A stretch of DNA of 64,000 bases, taken from positions 9,253-73,252 of the forward strand of contig CAWGKH010000004.1 of NCBI GenBank assembly GCA_963823025.1, written 5' to 3'. A program made the translations under genes and the position numbers. Under the pieces are notes generated by a model that was not told where the DNA came from, searched no databases, and saw only the letters and a program-made list of their open reading frames with translations. Of this stretch, positions 54,744 through 63,161 are shown in pieces (within the stretch, counting starts at the first letter, position 1; each line of letters begins with the position of its first letter). Origin of the DNA: an uncultured Planctomycetota bacterium. GTDB lineage: Bacteria; Planctomycetota; UBA1135; UBA2386.

Positions 54744-55445
54744 TCACCACCCGAAGTTGAAGATGGGGAAGAACTTCAGGAACCCGTGCTGGTTGTAGTT
54801 CAAGAGGCCGAGCTGGACCCCACCGCGCTTCGTGACGTTGAGCAGGCCGACCTGCACTCCACGGAGGTGCATCGCGGTGTTCCACGCCGCGACCTGCACC
54901 CCATCGGCGTCGCCTGCCCAGGACCACACGATGCCGAGCTGGACACCGCGGAGGTCGCCGGCGTGGTCCATCAGGCCGAGCTGCGCGCCGTAGATCTGAT
55001 CGCCGCGCGTGTCGTGCGTGAACGGCAGTCCGTTCCACAGTCCGACCTGCAGGCCGCGCAGGTCACCCGAGTTGCCGAGCAGCGCGATCTGCGCGCCGGA
55101 GATCGTGCGCGGCTCGTCACTCCAGAGCGGTTGGACGAAGTTGACGCCGCCAGCGAGCTGCAGACCCGCGAAGGATCCGCTGGCCTCGTTGCCGCCGAGC
55201 GCGACGGCGAGGCCGCCGCTCGGCGCGCGCGTGCATCCCCAGAAGCCGTTCACGTCGAGGCCGGCGACCCGGTGATATTCGCTCGACAGGAGGCCGAGGC
55301 GCAGGCCGGTGACGTCGTGATCGGGGTCCGGCAGCTCGGACTTGCGCGTCAGGGCCACGGCAACCGGCGTGCTGCTCGCGCAGGCGGGGAACAGCAGGGC
55401 GGCGGCTGCGAGTATCGCGCCAAGCCGCGGTTCGCGAATCGTCAT
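54744..55445 (-). CDS. Lipoprotein built of GxQxGLxN-type short repeats
   Basis: Lipobox LLFPAC. Repeats GLRLGLLS, GLQLAGGVN, GAQIALLGN, GLQVGLWN, GAQLGLMD, GVQLGIVW, GVQVAAWN, GVQVGLLN, GVQLGLLN. Tail FFPIFNFGW. Confidence 0.65.
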   Translation of the reverse strand: MTIREPRLGAILAAAALLFPACASSTPVAVALTRKSELPDPDHDVTGLRLGLLSSEYHRVAGLDVNGFWGCTRAPSGGLAVALGGNEASGSFAGLQLAGGVNFVQPLWSDEPRTISGAQIALLGNSGDLRGLQVGLWNGLPFTHDTRGDQIYGAQLGLMDHAGDLRGVQLGIVWSWAGDADGVQVAAWNTAMHLRGVQVGLLNVTKRGGVQLGLLNYNQHGFLKFFPIFNFGW

Positions 55446-56326
55446 CAGAACAGCTCTCCTTGCGCTCGGCGCGCGATGCGCGCCAGTTCGGGGAACGCCG
55501 CGAGCAGCGTCGGCGGGACGTCGACCGCGTGTCCGCGCACGCGCGACAACAGCTCGAGCGCGACCTTCGGGGCCTGGCCGCGGAAGTGGTTGTTCGCCGC
55601 GACCATCACTGGGCTCGTGCCCGCAAGCGCGACGAGCTGGCCGATACGGGTCTCGAGGTCGTGGATTTCGCCAGGGCCGTAGTGCCAGTCGTAGGTCGCG
55701 TCGCGGCCGGCCGACTTGTCGAACCACGCGCGCGTGTTGCGGCCGTGCAGACGCAAGTAGGTGGGGCCCGGCGGTCCGCCGACGTCGGGATCGGGTCCGG
55801 CGAAGCCACTGGCCATGCCCGGCCAGTCCAGATGCGCGATGCGGAACCCGAGCGTCGCTGCACGCTCCTGCGCCTGCCGCTCGCGCCACGACCGGTGCCG
55901 AACCTCGAGCACCAGCGGCGCGAGCTCGCCGAACGCCGACGCCACATCTGCCAGCAGCGCGAACGCGCGTTCATCCGCTTCGAGCCGGTAGCTGAACTGC
56001 GCGAGCAGCGCCGCGAGCCGATCGGCTGCGCAGAGCGGCGCCATCGCCGCGTGGAACGCCGACACCGTCCCGCGCTCGATCCGCCCCTCGTGCGTCACCG
56101 CCTGCGGCAGCTTTGCCGTGAACATGGTCGGCAGCTCCGCGACGCGTTCGACCCAGCTCGCGGTCCTCTCCGGGTCCGGAACGCGGTAGAACGTGACGTT
56201 CACCTCGAGGAAGTCGACGAGACTCGCGAGGAACCGCAGCTCGTCCTTGCACCCCTTCGGGTAGACGATGCCTCGCCAGTCCGGGTACGACCAACCGGAC
56301 ACACCGATCTGCACGCGCGGTCCCAC
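55445..56326 (-). CDS. DUF72 (YecE-like) protein
   Basis: 293 aa; GVSGWSYPDWRGIVYP, FLEVNVTFYR, YLRLHGRN, NNHFRGQAP, the DUF72 pattern. Confidence 0.8.
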   Translation of the reverse strand: MGPRVQIGVSGWSYPDWRGIVYPKGCKDELRFLASLVDFLEVNVTFYRVPDPERTASWVERVAELPTMFTAKLPQAVTHEGRIERGTVSAFHAAMAPLCAADRLAALLAQFSYRLEADERAFALLADVASAFGELAPLVLEVRHRSWRERQAQERAATLGFRIAHLDWPGMASGFAGPDPDVGGPPGPTYLRLHGRNTRAWFDKSAGRDATYDWHYGPGEIHDLETRIGQLVALAGTSPVMVAANNHFRGQAPKVALELLSRVRGHAVDVPPTLLAAFPELARIARRAQGELF

Positions 56327-56386
56327 GCGCCCATCATCGACGACTTTCGCACCAGCGTCACGGCGCGCGCACCTCGCAAGCCACCC

Positions 56387-56764
56387 ATGAACGATCCCAA
56401 GGACCCGCGCTTCGACGACGGAGTGCCCGCGCGTCGCGATTTCCGCGACCTCTCACCGCAGGCGGCGCACGGCGGCCGCAAGACGCTCCAGCTCTGCGCC
56501 CAGGTCCGCCGCGCGCTCGAGCTCGCGCTGGTCGGGGTGTGCGCCGACCCGGTTCTCCAGGATCTGATGGTCCTCGACGTGCGACCGGCCCCGGACGCCA
56601 GCCGTCTCGAGGTCGTGCTCCAGCTGCCACCCGACGCGGACCCGGCCGATTGCCAGCGCCGCCTCGATCGGGCACGTCCGCTCCTCGTCGACGAGGTCGC
56701 GCACAGCATCCACCGCCGAAAAGTGCCGGACTTGGCGTTCCGCCTCCAGACGCAGCAAATCTGA
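56387..56764 (+). CDS. Ribosome-binding factor A-like protein (divergent)
   Basis: RKTLQLCAQVRRALELALVGVCADPVLQDLMVLDVRPAPDASRLEVVL ... LLVDEVAHSIHRRKVPDLAFRL follows the RbfA topology. Assigned from pattern memory only. Confidence 0.45.
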   Translation: MNDPKDPRFDDGVPARRDFRDLSPQAAHGGRKTLQLCAQVRRALELALVGVCADPVLQDLMVLDVRPAPDASRLEVVLQLPPDADPADCQRRLDRARPLLVDEVAHSIHRRKVPDLAFRLQTQQI

Positions 56765-56796
56765 CCCGGTGTAGAATGCTGCCTCTCACGCCGTGG

Positions 56797-56827
56797 ACAG
56801 CAGTTCACACCGGGTGTGGTTGTCTGC
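56797..56827 (+). repeat. Palindromic intergenic element, copy B
   Basis: ACAGCAGTTCACACCGGGTGTGGTTGTCTGC, 30/31 identical to copy C. Lies 17 nt upstream of the GGGAGG-ATG of the next gene. Confidence 0.6.
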
Positions 56828-56844
56828 ACTCGGGAGGTTGCCCG

Positions 56845-58047
56845 ATGACCTTGCGCTCGATCGCCCTGGTGTTCGTCCTGGCGGGCCTCGCGGCGGCGCA
56901 GGGTCGGACCTTCGTCGTGGATCAGGCCAACGGGCCCGGAACGAACTTCCTCGACCTGCCTCAGGCCGTCGCGCAGGCCGCGGATGGGGATCGGCTCATC
57001 GTGCGCGCCGGGACGTACACCGGCTTCACGACGGCGAAGGCGCTGACGATCCTCGGCGAGGGGTTGGTCCAGGTGTTCGCGCCGTTCGTTCCGCCCGGCG
57101 CGCCCGCCGTCGAGGTCCGCGGACTGGCGTCGGGGAAGACGTTCGTGATGAAGAACCTGCAGCTCACGGCGGTCTTCTCGACCAGCGCGCTGGCTCTCGC
57201 GCTCGACGCCGGGCGGATCCACCTCGAGGACGTGCACGTCGACGGGTTCACGGCGTTCGTCCAGATGCCGACCGGGCTCCTCGCCGCGTCCTGCACCGAA
57301 GTGACCGTCACCGGCGGTCGCCTCGACGGCTGGCCGGCGATGTCGTGCGGCGACTCGTTCGTGTCGCTGGTCGGCACGCAGGTGGTCGGCGGCAGCGCCT
57401 CGAACTCGCCGCGCGGATCGACCCGTCCCGCCGCAGGGATCCGGGCCACCCGCAGCGCGCTGCTCCTGTCGCGCACCGACGTCGCCGGCGGCAGCGGCAG
57501 CCTGCTGTTCCCGGGCGCGTCGTCCGCGATCGTCGAGACGGACTCGGCCGTCACGCTGGCCGGGAACGCCACGACACTGGTGGTCGCGGGGTCGGGCGGT
57601 CAGCCCACGTCGGCCGTCGACTCGACGCGCGGCGGCCTGCTCGTCGACCCGGCGATCGGCGTCGCGGGCAGTGGCGGTGCACCGGCGTTCAGCGGATCGG
57701 CCACGGTCGTGCTGCGTCCGGTTGCTTCGCTCCGGGCCGACGGCGCGCCGATCGGCGGCACGGCCCACGTCGAGCTCGTGGCGCCCGCGGGTGACCCGAT
57801 CGCCGTCCTCGCGAGCCGTCCGGCCGATCCGGCGCTTCTGCCCGAAGGGTTCGTCTGCCTCGATCCGTTCACGGTCGTGCCGCTGATCGTCGGCCCTCAG
57901 GGACCATCCGGATTCTGGACCACGACGATCCCCGTCCCGATGGACCCGAACCTGCGCGGCATCGCGGTCGCCTTCCAGGCCGGCTGGCTCGACCGCACGC
58001 GCAACGCGCTCGAGCTCTCGAACCCCGCCGTGATCGTCGTCGACTGA
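56845..58047 (+). CDS. Secreted right-handed beta-helix-like protein carrying the shared C-terminal module
   Basis: GGGAGG Shine-Dalgarno; signal MTLRSIALVFVLAGLAAAQG. FVVDQANGPGTNFLDLPQAVAQAADGDRLIVRAGTY is a DUF1565/beta-helix style N-terminus. Tail GFVCLDP ... IPVPMDPNLRGIAVAFQA ... LELSNPAVIVVD. Confidence 0.65.
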   Translation: MTLRSIALVFVLAGLAAAQGRTFVVDQANGPGTNFLDLPQAVAQAADGDRLIVRAGTYTGFTTAKALTILGEGLVQVFAPFVPPGAPAVEVRGLASGKTFVMKNLQLTAVFSTSALALALDAGRIHLEDVHVDGFTAFVQMPTGLLAASCTEVTVTGGRLDGWPAMSCGDSFVSLVGTQVVGGSASNSPRGSTRPAAGIRATRSALLLSRTDVAGGSGSLLFPGASSAIVETDSAVTLAGNATTLVVAGSGGQPTSAVDSTRGGLLVDPAIGVAGSGGAPAFSGSATVVLRPVASLRADGAPIGGTAHVELVAPAGDPIAVLASRPADPALLPEGFVCLDPFTVVPLIVGPQGPSGFWTTTIPVPMDPNLRGIAVAFQAGWLDRTRNALELSNPAVIVVD

Positions 58048-58075
58048 TCCGAAGGACCAACATCCGGGCCGGGTC

Positions 58076-58122
58076 GGAATGCTCGCGAAAGGCAGCAGTT
58101 CACACCGGGTGTGGTTGTCTGC
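58076..58122 (+). repeat. Palindromic intergenic element, copy C (extended form)
   Basis: GGAATGCTCGCGAAAGGCAGCAGTTCACACCGGGTGTGGTTGTCTGC, 42 nt upstream of the kinase ATG. Confidence 0.6.
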
Positions 58123-58164
58123 GTTTGCGCCTTGGGATCGGGGCGGAGGTCACGCTGAAGGCAG

Positions 58165-60781
58165 ATGACCGAGTCCGCGCGGCTACACTCGCGGCCGGAG
58201 ATCCGACCGATGCCGGAAGAACACGTTCAGGACGACGAAGATCTCCTCGTCGAATACGTGCGCCGGGCGCTCGAGGCGCGCGAGCGCGGGGAGGAGCTCG
58301 ATCCCCGCGATCTTTGCAGCGAGCGTCCCGACCTCCTCCCCGTGGTCCGCGAGGTCCTCGGCCTCGGCGACGACATCGCGGTGCTGCGGTCCGCCGACCA
58401 CCCGGACCCCGCCGCCGGTCGCGTCCTCGCCGGCCGCTACCGCCTCGACGCGCGCCTTGGCCGCGGCGCGATGGGCGTGGTCTGGACCGGCACCGACCTC
58501 GAGCTCCAGCGCGAGGTCGCGATCAAGTTGTTCGAGACGCTCGGCCGTCCCGGCCGCAACGCCAGCGAGCGCTTCCGTCGCGAAGCCGAGGCCCTCGCCG
58601 CGCTCCAGCACGAGCATGTCGTCCGCATCCACGACCGCGGTGAGAGCGAGGACGGCACGCTGTTCCTCGTCATGGAACGCCTCTCCGGCGTCCCGCTCTC
58701 CGCGCTCCTCGCGCGCGCCGAGGACGATCCCCCGACCGACTCCGCCTTTCCCGGTTGGCTCGACGAAGCGATGGGCGGCACCGACGCGCCGCCCCCTGAG
58801 ACCACCTGGCTCCGCTCGGTCGTGCGCTGGTGTGCAGACGTCGCCTCCGGTCTCGGCGCAGCGCACGCGCGCGACGTGTTCCATCGCGACGTCAAGCCGT
58901 CGAACATCGTCATCCGCCGTGACCTCGACGCCGTCCTCCTCGACTTCGGCATCGCCGCCCGCGCCGGCGATCCGACGCTCACCGCCGGCGATTCCGCGCT
59001 CGGCACGCCGTGGTACATGGCCCCCGAGCAGGCCGAGGGAGACGAGCGCACGTCCGCCGCGATCGACGTCTACGGCCTGAGCGCCACTCTCCACCACCTC
59101 ATCACCGGCCGCCCGCCGTTCGACGGCGATGCCGTGCAGGTGATCGCGAAGCTCCGCACCGAGGATCCCGATCCCCCCGCCAGGATCCGGCCCGACCTCC
59201 CGCGCGACCTCTGCGCGATCGTCGAGAAGGGCATGGAGCGCGACCCACGTCGCCGCTACCCGACGATCACCGCCCTCGAAGCCGATCTCCGCGCCTTCCT
59301 CGCGCACCGGCCGGTCACCGCGCGTCCGCTCACGCCGCTCGCGCGCCAGCTCCGCCGCATCCGCCGCGCTCCGGCCAAGCCCGTCGCCATCGCCGCCTCT
59401 GCCCTCGCCGTCCTCCTCGCCGTCACCGTCGTGCCGCTGTGGTCGAGCCACGCCGCCCACGCGCGCGCCGAGGAACGCGCCGACCTCCAAGCCCGCCTGC
59501 CCGCGCTCCTCGCCCTCGAGGGTCAGCCGAGCGAACGACTCCTTCAACCGCTCACCGAGCGCGCCGAGAGCCTCGCCGTGCTCGACCGCCTCATCGAGCT
59601 CGACGCCGACGACCTGCCGAGCCGTCTCTGGCGCGCCGCGCTCCTCGCCGATCAGGGCGCACTCGACCGCGCCGCGACCGACCTCCACGAGATCGTCGTC
59701 CGCTCCGGCGACAGCCCCTACCTCCGCGCGGTCGCGCAGGCCTACCTCGACGCCGACCCCGCGCGCGGCGGCACGCAGGCGATCGACCTCGACGGGCTCC
59801 CCGAACCCCGAACCGACTTCGACAAGTTCGTCGCCGGCTTCCACGAGCTGCGCAACCGCGACCGCGACGGCTTCGCCAGACGCGCCTACGACGACCTCGG
59901 CGGAATCGCCGACCGCTACCCGCCCGCCCGCGACCTCCTCGCGATCGCGCTGCTCGCCCGCGCCGAGAACGAGAAGAGCGCCGCGCTGTTCCGCCAGGCC
60001 GCCGACGAGACGATCCGCCTCGAGGGCTTCTACGGCCACCCGACTGCACGCACCCTCGCGCTGCGCGGTGCGGCGTTCGTCGGGCTCGCGCGCTTCGAGG
60101 AGGCCGTGCCGCTGCTCCAGCAGTCCCTCCGTCTCCGCCCCGATCGCCACGGCCCGTTGCACAACCTCGGCGTCGCGATGCGCCGGCTGGGCGAGTACCG
60201 ACCGCGCCGAGCGGTACTTCGAGCAGGCCCACGCGCTGCGCGCGCACTTCTGGAACACCACCTACATGCTGGCGCTGCTCGAGAAGGACCGCGGCAAGTT
60301 CGACCGCGCGTTCGAGCTCGCGGACGCGCTGCCCGACGACATCCCCCCGCAACACGCGTGGCGCCGTCCGGAGCTGCGCGCGACGATCCTGCTGCGCCGC
60401 GCGATCGACACGCGCAAGACGTCCAAGCACTGGCACGACGACGCCGAGCGAGCGGTCGCCGCGTTCGACGAGGCCCTCGGCCTGGTGCGTTCGAGCGGCA
60501 TCCGCGCACGCCTCCAGGTCCGCCGCGAGGTCGCGCGCTACGTCGCCGACGCGGACGACCTCGGCGCGACCCGCGCGTTCGTCAACCTGCTCCGCCTCAC
60601 TCCCGACGACCCGTACGAGATCGCCAACCTCGCGTCGATCCTGCCCGATGACGGCCTCGATGCGACGGCCACCACCTGGCTGCGTGCGTGGCTGCGCCGA
60701 CTCGCGATCGCCCTCGCCAAGGGCGATCCGGCGTTCCGGGAGCGGCAAGATTCCATCCTCTCGGCCGAGGAGGGTCGCTGA
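58165..60781 (+). CDS. Ser/Thr protein kinase with TM helix and TPR-like C-terminal region, one frame break near 60198
   Basis: GRGAMGVVW, VAIKLF, HRDVKPSNIVI, DFGIA, GTPWYMAPEQ. TM helix VAIAASALAVLLAVTVVPLW. The C-terminus continues in another frame (RAERYFEQAHALRAHFWNTTYML...). Confidence 0.85.
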
Positions 60782-60828
60782 GCGCGGATCTCGTCTACCA
60801 TGTCCGGCCGCTCGCTCAGGAGGTCACC

Positions 60829-62265
60829 GTGGAACTCACCCGCATCGCACTCACCGCACCGCTCGCCCTGAGCCTGGCGGCACCGCTCGCCGCGCAATGC
60901 TCGGCGGGACCGTTCGTCGGCGCGCCTTTCGATCTGTCGGTCGCGGACGAGCCGGGGGCGTCGCTCAACGCCAGCTACGCCTATCAGAAGGCCGCCGGCT
61001 TCCAGACGACGGCGCCGGGCTCGTGGGCGCCCATCACCGGGGTCCCGGACTTCCGCCTCCGCGTGATCTTCCGCTCCTGCGGTGCCGCGCCGACCGCGTT
61101 CCCCGACGTCGACGCGATGTCGCTCGGCGAGGACTGGATCCTCGCCGACGACGCGACCGGACGCGTGTCGGTGCCCGGCGTCAACTGGGGCGGCCTGACC
61201 TTCTCGGTGACGCGTGGCACGAACGGCCGGGCCGGATCGGTGATCCGCGACTCGACGCTCACCCCCGAGGGCGCCGCCGGTGACGTGTTCAGCTACGTCC
61301 TCCCCGGCAGCGCGATGCCGCAGCCGCTCGTCGGGCGCACCGAGCGCGTCAACGGCGGGCGCGAGATCGATCTCGGCCCGGGGGCGCACGACGTCGACGC
61401 GCTCGATCAGTTCATCCCGATCGAGGCCCTCGACCCGCCTCTCCAGGCGTCGATGCTGCCGACGCCCGATTGGTACTTCTCCTTCTCGAACGCGTCGTTG
61501 TCGAACGTCCCCGCCACCTGGTGGGGCGGCACGACGCCGAGCGGGGCGACGATCTTCCTCGCGCATTTCAGCGCGGCCACCGGGCAGTGGACGTGCCCGC
61601 GCATCTGGAAGTCCTACGCGCAGCTCGGTCTGACCGCGGCCGACGACGTCGACGCGCTCGCGGTCGACGTGCGCAATCAGCGCGTGCTGCTGTCGACGAC
61701 GTCGCACACGCGCAATCCGATCCTGTTCGCGTTCTTCGGCAACGACACGCTGACGCTGTTGCCGTACGAGGACGTCGACACCATCCCGATCAGCGACAAG
61801 ATCGGTCTGATCGGCGACGACGACATCGATGCGATCTGCGCGATGGATCCGTCGGTGCGTGTGACGACGACCGGCGGCCTGAACGCGTTCTGGTACGCGA
61901 TGGGCACCCCGGTGCCGAAGGCGTATCCGTTCCCCGCGTCGGACGTCTCCGCGAGCGCGTTCCGCACCTATGACGCGAGCGGCGCCGGCGTGCGCACGAT
62001 CGTGTCCGGCTGGACGCCGAGCGGTCCCGCCGCGGGCTTCGCGGTCTTGTTCCTGTCGTCGCCGACGGCACCGGGCACATGGCTGCCGGGTCCGATCCTG
62101 ATGCGCAATCCGGGCGATCTCGTCTGCGGCAACCCGCTCGCCGCAGATCTCCACATCCCGGCGAGCCTGGCGCTGTCCGCCGACGCGGTCGACCTGCGCT
62201 GGTTCGTCGCCGATCAGGCCATCACCGAGATCGCCGAGGCGTATCCGCTGCGCGTGCGGCTCTGA
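60829..62265 (+). CDS. Secreted protein of unknown function (weak copy of the shared C-terminal module)
   Basis: AGGAGG Shine-Dalgarno plus a GTG start; signal VELTRIALTAPLALSLAAPLAAQC. No family recognised. Confidence 0.65.
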   Translation: MELTRIALTAPLALSLAAPLAAQCSAGPFVGAPFDLSVADEPGASLNASYAYQKAAGFQTTAPGSWAPITGVPDFRLRVIFRSCGAAPTAFPDVDAMSLGEDWILADDATGRVSVPGVNWGGLTFSVTRGTNGRAGSVIRDSTLTPEGAAGDVFSYVLPGSAMPQPLVGRTERVNGGREIDLGPGAHDVDALDQFIPIEALDPPLQASMLPTPDWYFSFSNASLSNVPATWWGGTTPSGATIFLAHFSAATGQWTCPRIWKSYAQLGLTAADDVDALAVDVRNQRVLLSTTSHTRNPILFAFFGNDTLTLLPYEDVDTIPISDKIGLIGDDDIDAICAMDPSVRVTTTGGLNAFWYAMGTPVPKAYPFPASDVSASAFRTYDASGAGVRTIVSGWTPSGPAAGFAVLFLSSPTAPGTWLPGPILMRNPGDLVCGNPLAADLHIPASLALSADAVDLRWFVADQAITEIAEAYPLRVRL

Positions 62266-62275
62266 AGGACGGCGG

Positions 62276-62914
62276 ATGAACGGTGCGTTCGCCGATCTCG
62301 TCGGACGGTGCGTCGCCGGGGATGCAGCGGCGCGCGACGAGCTGGTCGAGGCCTTCTACCCGAAGGTCCGCGCGCGCGTGCACCGGCAGCTCGAAGGCGA
62401 CTTCCGCCAACGTCACCGTTGGATCCTGCCGCTGTTCAGCACACGCGACGTCGTGCAGGACGTGTTCGCGTCGGTCGTCGACGAGCTCGAGACCACGGAC
62501 TTCGCCGACGAAGACGCGTTCATCGGCTACCTGAGCACCATCGTGCGCAATCGCCTGCTCGACGCCGTGCGCTTCCACGAGGCGCACAAGCGCGACGCGC
62601 GCCGCGACGTGTCCGGCAGTGACACGGCGATCGCACGATCGCACGCCGACGAGCGCGCGGCGACCCCGCAGCTCGCCGCCCAGCTCGCCGAGCAGGCCGC
62701 ACTGATCCGCGACGTGCTCACCGAGCTCCCCACCCGCGCCCGCGCCCTCGTCACGATGCGCGTCGTCGACGAGGAGACCTTCCCCTCGATCGCCGCGAAG
62801 CTCGGCTACGCGTCTGCCGAGACCGCCCGCCAGGCATTCGTCGAGGCGCAGGCGCGCCTGCTGGTGAAGCTGCGGGCGCGGGGCATGCGGCCGCCGGGAG
62901 AGACGCTCTGGTGA
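62276..62914 (+). CDS. ECF-type RNA polymerase sigma factor
   Basis: 212 aa. Region 2 (VQDVFASVV ... FIGYLSTIVRNRLLDAVR) and region 4 (ELPTRARALVTMRVVDEETFPSIAAKLGYASAETARQAF). Starts 10 nt after the preceding stop. No anti-sigma gene follows. Confidence 0.8.
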   Translation: MNGAFADLVGRCVAGDAAARDELVEAFYPKVRARVHRQLEGDFRQRHRWILPLFSTRDVVQDVFASVVDELETTDFADEDAFIGYLSTIVRNRLLDAVRFHEAHKRDARRDVSGSDTAIARSHADERAATPQLAAQLAEQAALIRDVLTELPTRARALVTMRVVDEETFPSIAAKLGYASAETARQAFVEAQARLLVKLRARGMRPPGETLW

Positions 62915-62924
62915 GCTGCGCGCG

Positions 62925-63161
62925 CTACTGCCGGCCGAACAACCCGACGTACCACTCCAGCGGCTTCTCGAGGAAGGTGTGGTCGTGGAGCCAGATGACC
63001 GGGGCGTAGACCTTCGGGAGGATCGTCAGGGCGGCGCGGTTGCTCACCAGCGCGGCGGCGGGGCCGATGCTGAGGACGTAGAGGACGAGGCCACCGACGA
63101 GGGCGGCGAGCCAGAGGCTGGCGCCGGGGCGTTGCGCGGGGTCCTCGGGGGGGCCGGTCAT
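62925..63161 (-). CDS. Small membrane protein (hypothetical)
   Basis: 78 aa starting MTGPPEDP. One TM helix SLWLAALVGGLVLYVLSIGPAAAL. The start overlaps the rarA stop region. Confidence 0.45.
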   Translation of the reverse strand: MTGPPEDPAQRPGASLWLAALVGGLVLYVLSIGPAAALVSNRAALTILPKVYAPVIWLHDHTFLEKPLEWYVGLFGRQ

